64,000 bases of DNA. Origin: a virus. The position numbers and the translations under genes were made by a program. The stretch covers positions 1 to 64,000 of the IMG/VR virus record IMGVR_UViG_3300030104_006433; one strand, given 5' to 3'. Below the pieces are notes generated by a model. The model was not told where the DNA came from and made no database searches. It was given only the letters and a program-made list of their open reading frames with translations. The stretch's first letter is position 1. Each line of letters starts with the position of its first letter. Shown here piece after piece: positions 1-9,616 of this stretch.

Positions 1-121
1 CTATACAATCGATACTGAATTAGATAAAGAGATTGATTATAGAAAGGATGAAAAAGGTAGACCCATTAATGAAATTGAATCAGGTGATGTAGTTGTTTAC
101 AATCATGAAGATCATACAGTA

Positions 122-1738
122 ATGAGTATTGATGATGATGGAAAAATACGCATTAGACCAAATGAAGAATCTGCTATATTAGGTAAAAGAGATACTTTTT
201 GGGTTAAACCTACAGATATAGAAACAAAAGAAGAATTCATGGATCGAATGATGAAGGATCAAATAGAACATGATGAAGAAACATTACGTAGAGAAAGAGG
301 ATTAGAAGAAACTGCTGGTACATTTGGAGATGGTGTAACTGATGAAACCAAAGAAAAATATAATAAAGCATCAATGGATAAATTTGGTAAACCTTTTGCT
401 AAATTAAATCTTGATCAAAAACAAGAAGTTACATCCACTATAATAGAACCAAAATTAAAAGCTATTTTATCAAAATCCTCATCTTTAATTGGAAGACAGG
501 GAACTAGAAATTTCATGGATGAAGCTGAAGATAAAGTAAATGAAGTAGTTAGAGGTGATGATTTTCAATTTATTGAAATTAAAGATCTACATTTTGAAAC
601 AGACCCAGACAGGTTAGAAGATATGAAAATAGCATTTGGAGCCAAAATGGGTGGAATTACAAATAGAGAAAAGATTGAAGATGCTGAATATGAATTAAGA
701 AGATTTAGAAAATCAATTAGTTTTGGTGATGGTAGTTACTCAGGAGTATTTCTACCAGGTACATATGATGCTATTAATTCTAAATTAGGTGATGGTCCTC
801 ACACTAAAAAAGTTCCTACTCCTAAATGGAATGAAAAAAAATATGAACAGTGGATTGAAGATGTAGCATCAGGAGGTGGAGCTGAATTTGCCTATGATAT
901 GGCTCAAAATGCTAAAATGGAAGCTGGATTAATTGATTGGGTAAAGAAAAATAGATTAGGATTTGGAGATGTCACTCCATTAGAAAGAATACAATATGAC
1001 ATTGAAGCATTAGCTGAATCAGTTAATGAAGTAACTCAAAAAGAAATAGATGATATTGAGGACTCAGGTAATATAGACATGGCATATAAAAAGGCTATGA
1101 AGTTATTAAATTCTTTAAAAGATAAAGAAGATGAATCAGTTAATGAAGGTACTTGTGGTTACACTCCAGATGGTAAACCAAGATCTAAACCAGCAAGTCC
1201 AGAATTAAGGGAAGATGACATTAATTTAAATATTGATGATAAAGGAAAAGAATCAGAAGATTTAGATAATGAAGTTAACCACATGTTTGAATCAGCTGTA
1301 GCTACATTTAATAAAGCTATGAAGCCTGTTGATGATATGATACGTGATAATAAAAAAGAATTAGAAGCTAGTAATGATATATTACAAGCAATAGCTAAAA
1401 TGTTAGGTAAATCAATGGAGGAGGATTTAGATGAAAATTTAATAAATAAAACAAAACAACTTCTTCAAAAGATATTTGGACCAAAACTTGATGATGATAT
1501 TGTTACTATTTTAGCTGATGAAATAAAAATGATTTTAGATAAAAATCCAAAATTAAAAGATGACCCTAAAAAAGATATAAAAATAGCTCAAGAATTAGTT
1601 AAAGATTCTGATATTTTTAAAGATAAAGATTATAAAAAATTAATGAAACCAAGAATGGGGTTCATAGGAGAAGAAGAAAAAGAATTTAACTTTAATAAAA
1701 TGGTTAAAGAAGCACTCACCCCAAATTATTTAAAATAA
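122..1738 (+). CDS. Acidic, modular head-associated/internal virion protein (hypothetical; 5' end may extend beyond the window)
   Basis: 538 aa, D/E/K-rich, segments separated by SVNE/LRE/LDE motifs like other late proteins here. Confidence 0.5.
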   Translation: MSIDDDGKIRIRPNEESAILGKRDTFWVKPTDIETKEEFMDRMMKDQIEHDEETLRRERGLEETAGTFGDGVTDETKEKYNKASMDKFGKPFAKLNLDQKQEVTSTIIEPKLKAILSKSSSLIGRQGTRNFMDEAEDKVNEVVRGDDFQFIEIKDLHFETDPDRLEDMKIAFGAKMGGITNREKIEDAEYELRRFRKSISFGDGSYSGVFLPGTYDAINSKLGDGPHTKKVPTPKWNEKKYEQWIEDVASGGGAEFAYDMAQNAKMEAGLIDWVKKNRLGFGDVTPLERIQYDIEALAESVNEVTQKEIDDIEDSGNIDMAYKKAMKLLNSLKDKEDESVNEGTCGYTPDGKPRSKPASPELREDDINLNIDDKGKESEDLDNEVNHMFESAVATFNKAMKPVDDMIRDNKKELEASNDILQAIAKMLGKSMEEDLDENLINKTKQLLQKIFGPKLDDDIVTILADEIKMILDKNPKLKDDPKKDIKIAQELVKDSDIFKDKDYKKLMKPRMGFIGEEEKEFNFNKMVKEALTPNYLK

Positions 1739-1821
1739 TGGAACTTTGTGAATGTAAATTATGTGAATGTAAAACACAAAAAGAATGTGAGAGCTCTTGC
1801 ATAGCCTCTTGCTGTAAATAA
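1738..1821 (+). CDS. Cys-rich 27-aa microprotein, metallothionein-like
   Basis: MELCECKLCECKTQKECESSCIASCCK, 8 Cys; TAATG coupling to the upstream gene; fills the gap to the next gene. Confidence 0.55.
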   Translation: MELCECKLCECKTQKECESSCIASCCK

Positions 1822-1825
1822 AAAA

Positions 1826-2107
1826 ATGAAACTACCAGTTAATTTTGAACAATTTAAAAAAAATCCTATAGCGGCGTTAGCATTTTTAATGGTAATAGCT
1901 GTGGGTTACCTTTATATAGATAATAGAATTAGTTATACTAGACAAATTGAAAAGTGTGATATTCAATTAGAAAAATGTGAGGTAAGTGTTAATAAATTAA
2001 ATGATAAATTAGACCATTTAGAAGAAAGACTTAGAAGAAGTGATAGTACTTTATCTAGAGCTGTAACACGTTTAGAAGTATTAAATGAATTAGGAGTTAT
2101 AAAATGA
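1826..2107 (+). CDS. Membrane protein with periplasmic coiled coil (i-spanin/holin-like)
   Basis: N-terminal TM segment (IAALAFLMVIAVGYLYI) followed by a coiled coil. Confidence 0.5.
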   Translation: MKLPVNFEQFKKNPIAALAFLMVIAVGYLYIDNRISYTRQIEKCDIQLEKCEVSVNKLNDKLDHLEERLRRSDSTLSRAVTRLEVLNELGVIK

Positions 2108-2532
2108 AAAAGATATTACCTTTATTTATGTTATTAAGTTGCTCTTCTCCTGCGATAGAAGATAATTTACAACTTGATAAGGAATGCATTGATTGTATTA
2201 CTGACTCAGTTGATACTGATATTATTAGTCATACAGATTCTTTAATTATGGAAAATGATAGTTTACTTGAAAAAATTCAAAAACAACTAGAAAAAACAGT
2301 TGTGACTGAAAAAAATGTAAAAACTACATTAACCAAAGAAAAAAAATTAAGGAAAGAAAATAAAAAATTAAAAAAAGAAATTAAAAAAACCAACCAAGTA
2401 GTTGATTCAATGAAAAAAGAAATTGAAATCATGAAAAAAATGATGCCTGGTAAGAAAAATTTCATTCAAAAAGTTCTTAAAATAGAAGTAGACTCAGTTG
2501 AAGTAGTAGATACTGTTATAAAAGAAAATTAA
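2104..2532 (+). CDS. Lipoprotein with coiled coil (o-spanin candidate)
   Basis: MKKILPLFMLLSC lipobox; ATGA overlap with the upstream membrane-protein gene. Confidence 0.45.
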   Translation: MKKILPLFMLLSCSSPAIEDNLQLDKECIDCITDSVDTDIISHTDSLIMENDSLLEKIQKQLEKTVVTEKNVKTTLTKEKKLRKENKKLKKEIKKTNQVVDSMKKEIEIMKKMMPGKKNFIQKVLKIEVDSVEVVDTVIKEN

Positions 2533-2635
2533 TTCCTCCATCTTTCTTTAATATTTATAATAAATTAATTCATATGAAATTAATTATATCTCTTTTTAAT
2601 TGTTTTTCAATAAAAGTTGCGCCTGTAATTAACTG

Positions 2636-2770
2636 CAGGGGTAGATTTAAAAAAGAGTGATCCAACCTATTTGATTAAAAGATAGGGGCACTAGTGGGAA
2701 GTAAACCACTAATAGGAACACTTGAAAAGCCGAAGGAGATTAAAGCTCTCAACTACAGCCCCTGTTTTTT
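2636..2770 (+). ncRNA. Candidate multi-branched structured RNA ending in a T-tract
   Basis: Closing stem CAGGGG/CCCCTG; inner helices AGTG/CACT, CCTAT/ATAGG, TAGTGG/CCACTA, GAGA/TCTC; GC-richer than flanks. Confidence 0.45.
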
Positions 2771-2781
2771 AATAAAATAAA

Positions 2782-3159
2782 ATGGAACTATTGAAATTGA
2801 CATGGTGGATGGAAGAGCCAATTGATTATGAGTATAAGCAATATATTTTGCTTGATTACTTACAAAAGATTGAAAAACTATTTATAAATAGGGAATTCTC
2901 ACCTTATTTACTCCATACTGAAAAATTATATGAAGAAATGGCTATTAGTCTTGAATTCATAGATAATTTTGAAGATGAAATGACAAAAAATACTTTAGTG
3001 TTTACTCAAACCGGAGTTGAAATGGAAGAAAATAAACTTCCAACTATCAAAGAACTTGAAGAAATGAAATTAGTACTACGATTCTCAGTCCCTTTATTAA
3101 AAGAAAAAGTCAAGTTTGGTAAAAACTTATGGAAAGAAAGCCCTACAATATTATGGTAA
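2782..3159 (+). CDS. Hypothetical protein
   Basis: 125-aa ORF with A-rich initiation region. Confidence 0.7.
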   Translation: MELLKLTWWMEEPIDYEYKQYILLDYLQKIEKLFINREFSPYLLHTEKLYEEMAISLEFIDNFEDEMTKNTLVFTQTGVEMEENKLPTIKELEEMKLVLRFSVPLLKEKVKFGKNLWKESPTILW

Positions 3160-3169
3160 CCTTCTAGTT

Positions 3170-3241
3170 ACCTTTGTGCGGGAGAATTTGGCTACCCTAT
3201 TTACTTTACTTATATTTATATATAAGAAAATTAAGGTAGTT
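3170..3241 (+). promoter_or_regulatory. Early promoter cassette, partial copy
   Basis: ACCTTTG...TTTGGC-N18-TATATTTA...TAAGAAAATTAAG...GTTATG. Confidence 0.7.
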
Positions 3242-3457
3242 ATGGACAATTGGAACGAAAATTTATCACTAGAAACAGAAAAGTATTTATGTAAATTACA
3301 TAAATTAAATGCTTTTGACTTGCTTAAATTAGAAAAGCAAAAAGAAGTAGAATTAGGTTTAGCTGATGCAAATGAAAATTATGATTTATCATTTGACATT
3401 GAAAGTGATTTAAGTTGGATTCGTATTGTTCTATTAACTAGATCAAAGTTAAATTAA
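3242..3457 (+). CDS. Hypothetical early protein (start moved from 3116 to 3242)
   Basis: ATG directly follows the promoter cassette. Confidence 0.7.
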   Translation: MDNWNENLSLETEKYLCKLHKLNAFDLLKLEKQKEVELGLADANENYDLSFDIESDLSWIRIVLLTRSKLN

Positions 3458-3470
3458 TAAAGGTTATAAA

Positions 3471-3701
3471 ATGGCAATAAAAAGTATAGAAACTAAAAAA
3501 CAGCTCCCAATTGAAATAGACTTAACAGGTCCAGATGGTAATGCTTATGCATTAATGGCCTATGCAAAGCGATTTGCAACACAATTAGAATGGGAAGATA
3601 AGGGTGCTGCTCTTATAAATGAAATGATGGAAGGTGATTACGAGCATTTATTAGAAGTGTTTGATAATGCCTTTGGTGAATTTGTAACTTTATATAGATA
3701 A
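3471..3701 (+). CDS. Conserved-looking small phage protein
   Basis: IDLTGPDGNAYALM motif typical of small phage proteins; AAGGTT leader. Confidence 0.7.
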   Translation: MAIKSIETKKQLPIEIDLTGPDGNAYALMAYAKRFATQLEWEDKGAALINEMMEGDYEHLLEVFDNAFGEFVTLYR

Positions 3702-3703
3702 AA

Positions 3704-3928
3704 ATGGAATATACAACAGATCAAAAATTAAAAATATTAGCTAATTGGTTACAAAACTCAGATTCTGGAATTGATATATATCATGATGGCACATTGGAAA
3801 AAGCAATTAAAAATGCTAAACAAGAAGTAAAACAAGAAATTGGAGATTATTTAGAAGAAATTTTAAATGCTGATAATGAATTTATACAATATGAGTTGAA
3901 TAGTATTGAAGCAAATAAAGAAATATGA
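3704..3928 (+). CDS. Hypothetical protein
   Basis: ORF in a tightly packed operon. Confidence 0.65.
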   Translation: MEYTTDQKLKILANWLQNSDSGIDIYHDGTLEKAIKNAKQEVKQEIGDYLEEILNADNEFIQYELNSIEANKEI

Positions 3929-4239
3929 CATTAGAAGAAAAACAATTTATTGAAAATTTTAAAGAAGTTTATTATGACTTTGAAATGTTTTCTGTATCTG
4001 GGAATAAAAAAGTTAAAGAACTTATAGCTGAAGCTATGGAAAATATATTCACTAAGAAAGAATTAAATAGAGATAAAACACATAATTACCTTAAAAGAAT
4101 ATTAGATGAATCATATAAAGGTAAAAATGGATTTAAAGAAATTAGAGACACAGAACCCGAAACCCACATTCAAAATCATGTTAATGAAGCTCTTGAATTT
4201 AAAGGATATAAATTTAGAGTTAACAGATTTGAATTTTAA
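3925..4239 (+). CDS. Hypothetical protein
   Basis: ATGA overlap with the previous ORF. Confidence 0.65.
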   Translation: MTLEEKQFIENFKEVYYDFEMFSVSGNKKVKELIAEAMENIFTKKELNRDKTHNYLKRILDESYKGKNGFKEIRDTEPETHIQNHVNEALEFKGYKFRVNRFEF

Positions 4240-4415
4240 AACCCAATTAAAAAAATGAATGAAATATTACACTCAAATGACAGAGAAGTCTTAGTACAAG
4301 AAGGAATACAATTAATTGAAAATTATTTAAAAGAAAACCACCCATACATTTATAGAACTTCAACAACAAAAGAAATAAAAGAATGGGTTGAGAAACAAAA
4401 TTAAAAAATATAGTT

Positions 4416-4628
4416 ATGGCTAAAATGCAAAAATTCGTTACACAAAAAGATTATCTATGGTACACAGCTGATCTTACAGATGAACAGGCAGCAGAGTATA
4501 AAGCTTGGGAAGATGATGAAACTGGTGAAATAGAAGAACCAGATTGGTTATATGAATTAGATTATGATCTAGTAAGAGATAAACCCGCATCTGATGATAT
4601 GGAATTTGAATTAATAGAAGATGAATAA
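4416..4628 (+). CDS. Small acidic hypothetical protein
   Basis: 70 aa, very D/E-rich. Confidence 0.65.
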   Translation: MAKMQKFVTQKDYLWYTADLTDEQAAEYKAWEDDETGEIEEPDWLYELDYDLVRDKPASDDMEFELIEDE

Positions 4629-4818
4629 GTTTATTAAATTTGCTTTAATATGGATTAGTCAAAACTTAGCAATTCCCTTTTGGATAGTTGGGCATATTCA
4701 TTTATCACTAAATATTTATGAAGATATCCATGAGATTGGAGCCTCAGTTGGAATGAATATCATAGTTTTAATAGGATTTATTTTAGATTATAAAGAAAAT
4801 GTTAAGGAAAAAATATAA
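4621..4818 (+). CDS. Small membrane protein
   Basis: Two hydrophobic segments. Confidence 0.6.
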   Translation: MNKFIKFALIWISQNLAIPFWIVGHIHLSLNIYEDIHEIGASVGMNIIVLIGFILDYKENVKEKI

Positions 4819-5125
4819 AAAATGCGGAGAAGAAGTAGCCAAATCAGTATTAGATACTGGGGCTAAGACTTGTTGTTTAAAGATAGAGTTAAAAGCCACT
4901 TCTAAAATTGAAGGATATTTTATTTATGAAGTATGCTATTTAGATGAAGGAGACTTAAAACAAATTACAATAATAGCTCGAAATATTATAGACATAGTAA
5001 ATAAAATAGAACCATACATCAATAAAGGAATACCAGAACAAACAGTGGGTTTTGATTTAGGTTTAAATGAAGATGTAGTACTATCAAGAATGCAATCAAA
5101 AACATACAAACCCTCACAAAATTAA
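4799..5125 (+). CDS. Hypothetical protein
   Basis: ORF in operon. Confidence 0.55.
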   Translation: MLRKKYKKCGEEVAKSVLDTGAKTCCLKIELKATSKIEGYFIYEVCYLDEGDLKQITIIARNIIDIVNKIEPYINKGIPEQTVGFDLGLNEDVVLSRMQSKTYKPSQN

Positions 5126-5140
5126 ATTAAAATAAAGGTT

Positions 5141-5710
5141 ATGAATAAATCAATTATATTACCCAGTTTTATCTCTTTAATTGGGATTGGGATTTTATCA
5201 GATAATGAAACTACAAATATAATAACAGATGAAAAAGTTACTGTTGTTGACTCAACATATGTTGAAGAAATAAATGGTATAGGAGGTGAATGGATTAAAG
5301 ATATTTACACAATTGAATTAAATCCAATTAAATTTACTAAAAAAGAAATCAATCAAATAAAATTAATAAAAGCATTGATTCAAGTTGAAAGTAGAGGTAA
5401 AGAGAATTGTGTTGGAGACAAACATTTAATTATACCTTCAATAGGTGTTTTACAAATTAGACCTATAATGGTTAGAGAAGTTAACCGCATATTAAAATTA
5501 TTAGGCGAAAATCAACGTTATAAAAATAAAGATAGATATAGTAGGGTTAAATCAATTGAAATGTTTATTATATGGAGAGATTATCACCATAAAAATGATA
5601 GTGATGAAGTAATAGCTAGATGTTGGAATGGGGGCCCAAAAGGGTATAAACGTAAAAAAACATTACATTATTGGAACAAAGTACAAAAAGAAATAAATAA
5701 ATTATTATGA
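5141..5710 (+). CDS. Lysozyme-like/lytic transglycosylase (SLT superfamily) with N-terminal hydrophobic anchor
   Basis: ALIQVES catalytic Glu motif, GVLQI, ARCWNGGP. Confidence 0.75.
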   Translation: MNKSIILPSFISLIGIGILSDNETTNIITDEKVTVVDSTYVEEINGIGGEWIKDIYTIELNPIKFTKKEINQIKLIKALIQVESRGKENCVGDKHLIIPSIGVLQIRPIMVREVNRILKLLGENQRYKNKDRYSRVKSIEMFIIWRDYHHKNDSDEVIARCWNGGPKGYKRKKTLHYWNKVQKEINKLL

Positions 5711-6117
5711 AATTAGATCCTGAAGAAGATATAGAGAACAAATATGGTGATGTATTTGAATATTAAATAAATAAAAAACAAACAATTATGAGTAAAAATT
5801 CAATTAGACAAACAGTAGCAACAGTAAGCAGTTGGAGAGAGGGATTATCCCATATCAAAGAACAAAAAAGAAAACAACTAGAGAGAAACAAAAGAAAAAA
5901 CAAAAAGAAAAGCTAAGCTTTCTCTTTACATTATTTACACCCTATAATATGTATATACAATGAGTCAAACCATTGAACAAAAAAGACTATCTATCTTGTA
6001 TGAGGCCCAAGATGAGATACAAAAGGAAAAAAACCCAAGTCCAAAAAAACAATTCTTAATCAAGTTAATGATAAACAAACTTGAAACAGAAATAGTTGAC
6101 GGTAGAACTAAAGGTAT

Positions 6118-7326
6118 ATGAGGTTATTAACTATTATTTTAATTTTAATACATTTTAATTCACTAAGTCAAACTTGTGTAACTGATGAGTATAATAAGCC
6201 CTTTATAGACTCTAATCCAAAAAAATATAAATTAATAGAGGAAAATCTTCAAAATTATTATAAAAATAAATCATATAATAAAATAATAATTCCTGTTGTA
6301 TTTCATGTAGTATGGATAAACAGAATCCAAAACCTTTCAACTAATGTTATACATCAACAGTTAGAGGTTTTAAATGAAATGTTTAATGCTCAAAATACTG
6401 ATACTAATAAGTTAGCTGATACATTGAAAAATTGGGTAGGTAATTTCAATATCAAATTTGAAATAGCACATCGTGACCCAAATGGGTTTCCAACTAATGG
6501 TATAACAAGAAAAAAAACAATACAACCTCACTTTTCATATTGGAACGATCCCGTTAAAAAATCTCATTATGGGACAGCACCTTGGCCTACTAATAGATAC
6601 TTAAATATTTGGATATGCGACTTAAATGAGGGATCAATGGGTTATGCACAATTTCCAGGTGGACCTGAAGAAACTGATGGAGTTGTTATTGATTGGCAGA
6701 CAGTTGGAAATCAAATTTATCCTTGGACAGCATTAGAAAATCACGAGTGGGCAAAAGGTAAAGTACTTACACATGAAGTAGGCCATTGGTTAAACTTATT
6801 TCACCCCTGGGGTAATAATTATGGTGGGTGTGGTGAAGACTTCATTCCAGAAACTTCATTACAAAAAGGTCCTATTAGACCATCAGATAATTGCCCTGAT
6901 ACTTTATTTAGTGAATGTCAAGATAGTGGGAGACTTTTTATAAGACATTATATGGATTATGCAGGTAGTTCTTGTATGGTTTGTTTTACTAAAAACCAAG
7001 TATTAAGAGGTTTAGCTTCATTACACACTTATAGAAGTGAAATGATTGAAAACTACGAACCTAGAATAGATATTAATGGGTTTGAAAATATTAAAATGTA
7101 TCCAACATCTATTAATGATAAGTTATATATTGAATTCCCAGAATATGAAGGTAAAATAGAGATTTTATTTTATAATTTACAGGGTCAATTACTAAAAAAA
7201 TCAACAATTGATGGTGAATGGTTTCACATAATTTATCCCTATGAATTAATACCTGGGATTTATTTAGTGAATGTATATCATAATGATATTAAAGTATTTA
7301 GTCAAAAAGTACTTAAAAACCCTTGA
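6118..7326 (+). CDS. M43 (pappalysin/ulilysin-like) zinc metalloprotease with signal peptide and T9SS C-terminal sorting domain
   Basis: IPVVFHVV, YLNIW, GYAQFPG, DGVVI, HEVGHWLNLFH, Met-turn YMDY; C-terminal YP...YNLQGQ...GIYLV...KV. Confidence 0.85.
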   Translation: MRLLTIILILIHFNSLSQTCVTDEYNKPFIDSNPKKYKLIEENLQNYYKNKSYNKIIIPVVFHVVWINRIQNLSTNVIHQQLEVLNEMFNAQNTDTNKLADTLKNWVGNFNIKFEIAHRDPNGFPTNGITRKKTIQPHFSYWNDPVKKSHYGTAPWPTNRYLNIWICDLNEGSMGYAQFPGGPEETDGVVIDWQTVGNQIYPWTALENHEWAKGKVLTHEVGHWLNLFHPWGNNYGGCGEDFIPETSLQKGPIRPSDNCPDTLFSECQDSGRLFIRHYMDYAGSSCMVCFTKNQVLRGLASLHTYRSEMIENYEPRIDINGFENIKMYPTSINDKLYIEFPEYEGKIEILFYNLQGQLLKKSTIDGEWFHIIYPYELIPGIYLVNVYHNDIKVFSQKVLKNP

Positions 7327-7402
7327 CACGTTTTGCTTGGCTTTTGGCTTAAAGGATGTTATATTTAGGTATAAGAAAGTTAAGAAAAATAATAAAGGTT
7401 AT
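7318..7402 (+). promoter_or_regulatory. Early promoter+leader cassette
   Basis: CTTGGC-N18-TATATTTA-GGTATAAGAAAGTTAAGAAA...AAAGGTTAT-ATG. Confidence 0.8.
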
Positions 7403-7831
7403 ATGAAAAAACAAATACCAAACAATTATTTAGATGCAATTAAAGTTACAATTGTGACTAAAGAAAATAAAACATTTACAAAACCAATAACAACATGGGT
7501 TACTGATAAAAGTATATCTATTGGTAATTTAAAAAATTATCTTAATCATCCAAGTGTTATTGATTTTGAATTAACATTTCCAAAACCAATTAATAAAAAT
7601 GGAAATGGATCATCTTCAACAAGTGGTAAAAAGTCCAAAAAACAAAATAAAGACATTCCATTTGAAATAATGTCAGATCTAATTGATGTTGCTCATTCTA
7701 AAGGTGTGGGGTGTAATAAAGAAAAAATATCAAGATTTAATCAATTTCTTGATTTTGATTTACATAAAGCTTTAGATTATAAATATGGATTTACAGGAGC
7801 TTCAAAATTACATACAATATTTAAAATATGA
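7403..7831 (+). CDS. Hypothetical early protein (start moved from 7271 to 7403)
   Basis: In-frame ATG at the end of the cassette. Confidence 0.7.
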   Translation: MKKQIPNNYLDAIKVTIVTKENKTFTKPITTWVTDKSISIGNLKNYLNHPSVIDFELTFPKPINKNGNGSSSTSGKKSKKQNKDIPFEIMSDLIDVAHSKGVGCNKEKISRFNQFLDFDLHKALDYKYGFTGASKLHTIFKI

Positions 7832-9084
7832 AAGAGTTACAAACATTTATAGAAGATATGAGAAGCACAAGTAGTGCTAATGAGAAGGTTGAAATTATAA
7901 AAAATTCAAGTACATTTATTCATAAAGTATTAGAAGCTGCTTATAACCCCTTCAAACAATATCATGTTACAAGTAAAACTTGTATAAAAAATAGTGATAA
8001 AATAACTAACCATAATTATCCTATTTTTGAGATGTTAGATAAATTAACTAATAGAGAAGTAACTGGACATGAAGCCATTGCTTTAATTAATGGTTTTAAT
8101 AGAAATACGGATGATGAAGTCATTTATAAAATAATAGATAAAGATTTAGGTATTAGAGCAGGTGATAAAGTAATTAATAAAGCAATACCAGGTCTTATTC
8201 CTACATTTAATGTTGCTTTGGCTCAAGAGTATAAAGGTAAATGTGATTGGAATGATGAATGGTATGCCTCTCGTAAATTAGATGGAGTTAGATGTTTAGC
8301 TATTGTTGATAAAGAAGGTAAATGTACACTCTATTCTAGGATGGGTAAAGAATTTACAACATTAGATAAAATTAAACATGCTATTGAATCAACTAATATT
8401 ATTAATACTGTTTTTGATGGTGAAATTTGTTTAATAGATGAAAATGGAGATGAAGATTTTAAAAGTGTAATGAAAGAATTAAGACGTAAAGACCATCAAA
8501 TTGAAAAACCTGTGTTTAAAATGTTTGATATGTTACATAAACCAGATTTTGATAATGGTAAATCAACAGAAAAACTATCAGAAAGATTACTTAAATTAAA
8601 AACATTCCTTCATAATGTTGAACCTAATTTAGGGTTACATTATTTAGATCAACATATAATTTCAGGTGATGATCATTTTGAATATTGGGGTAAAATATCT
8701 TCTAAAAATAATTGGGAAGGTTTTATGTTAAGAAAAAATGTTGGTTATGAAGGTAAGCGTAGTAAAAACTTAGTTAAAGTTAAGAAATTTTTTGATGCTG
8801 AATATATAGTATTAGATTATGATGTTGATAAACATGAAGTAGTTAGAGATGGCAAGTCTGAAACTATTGAAATGTTATCACAAGTATGGATTGAACATAA
8901 AGGCCATAAAGTAAAAGTTGGTAGTGGTTGGTCTCAAGAACAAAGATTACAATATATGGATGGGTCTATTGTTGGTAAATTAATCACTGTTCAATATTTT
9001 GAAGAGACATATAATGATAAAGGTGGTGTATCATTAAGATTTCCAACAGTAAAACATGTTTATGAAGGTAAAAGAGACATGTAA
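7828..9084 (+). CDS. lig: ATP-dependent DNA ligase
   Basis: Motif I KLDGVR, III FDGEI, IIIa FDML, IV EGFMLR, V KVK, VI SLRFP. Confidence 0.93.
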   Translation: MKELQTFIEDMRSTSSANEKVEIIKNSSTFIHKVLEAAYNPFKQYHVTSKTCIKNSDKITNHNYPIFEMLDKLTNREVTGHEAIALINGFNRNTDDEVIYKIIDKDLGIRAGDKVINKAIPGLIPTFNVALAQEYKGKCDWNDEWYASRKLDGVRCLAIVDKEGKCTLYSRMGKEFTTLDKIKHAIESTNIINTVFDGEICLIDENGDEDFKSVMKELRRKDHQIEKPVFKMFDMLHKPDFDNGKSTEKLSERLLKLKTFLHNVEPNLGLHYLDQHIISGDDHFEYWGKISSKNNWEGFMLRKNVGYEGKRSKNLVKVKKFFDAEYIVLDYDVDKHEVVRDGKSETIEMLSQVWIEHKGHKVKVGSGWSQEQRLQYMDGSIVGKLITVQYFEETYNDKGGVSLRFPTVKHVYEGKRDM

Positions 9085-9086
9085 TA

Positions 9087-9159
9087 ATGTTTGGCTTTTG
9101 GCTAAATGGATGTTATATTTACGAGGTAAGTAAGTTAAGAAATATATAAAATAAAGGTT
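9087..9159 (+). promoter_or_regulatory. Early promoter+leader cassette
   Basis: ATGTTTGGC...GATGTTATATTTACGAGGTAAGTAAGTTAAGAAATATATAAAATAAAGGTT-ATG. Confidence 0.85.
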
Positions 9160-9492
9160 ATGAAAAAAAGTAATAAATTAGTAAAACAAGTAAGTAGAGA
9201 AATAATAGCAGCAGGTGTTAATCTTGAAATGGATTATGAATTTGGTGATGTAGGTGGTGAAAGAGGTATTATAGAGAAAGATTATGCTTATGTAGGTTCA
9301 GGTAGATACAATGGTATAGAAGGATTTTATTTCAAAAGAGGTGACGATCAATGTTTTGATAATAAAGAGGAAAAAACAATTACAGAGATATTAAATAAAA
9401 ATGGATTCGAAGTTGATCATTTTTCACCATGGGAAATGGAATGGGATAGAGATAGATCATTTAGAGCTAGTGTTGGATTTTTTAAAAAATAG
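9160..9492 (+). CDS. Hypothetical early protein
   Basis: First gene after the cassette. Confidence 0.75.
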   Translation: MKKSNKLVKQVSREIIAAGVNLEMDYEFGDVGGERGIIEKDYAYVGSGRYNGIEGFYFKRGDDQCFDNKEEKTITEILNKNGFEVDHFSPWEMEWDRDRSFRASVGFFKK

Positions 9493-9616
9493 GAATTATG
9501 AGTAATAAGCATAATGATGAGTTAATGGAAAATTTATTTAATAAATTTATTGAAGCAGGTTACACAGATAAAGAAGCAGAAAAAGCAGTATTAGAAACAA
9601 TTAACATGTATTAAAT

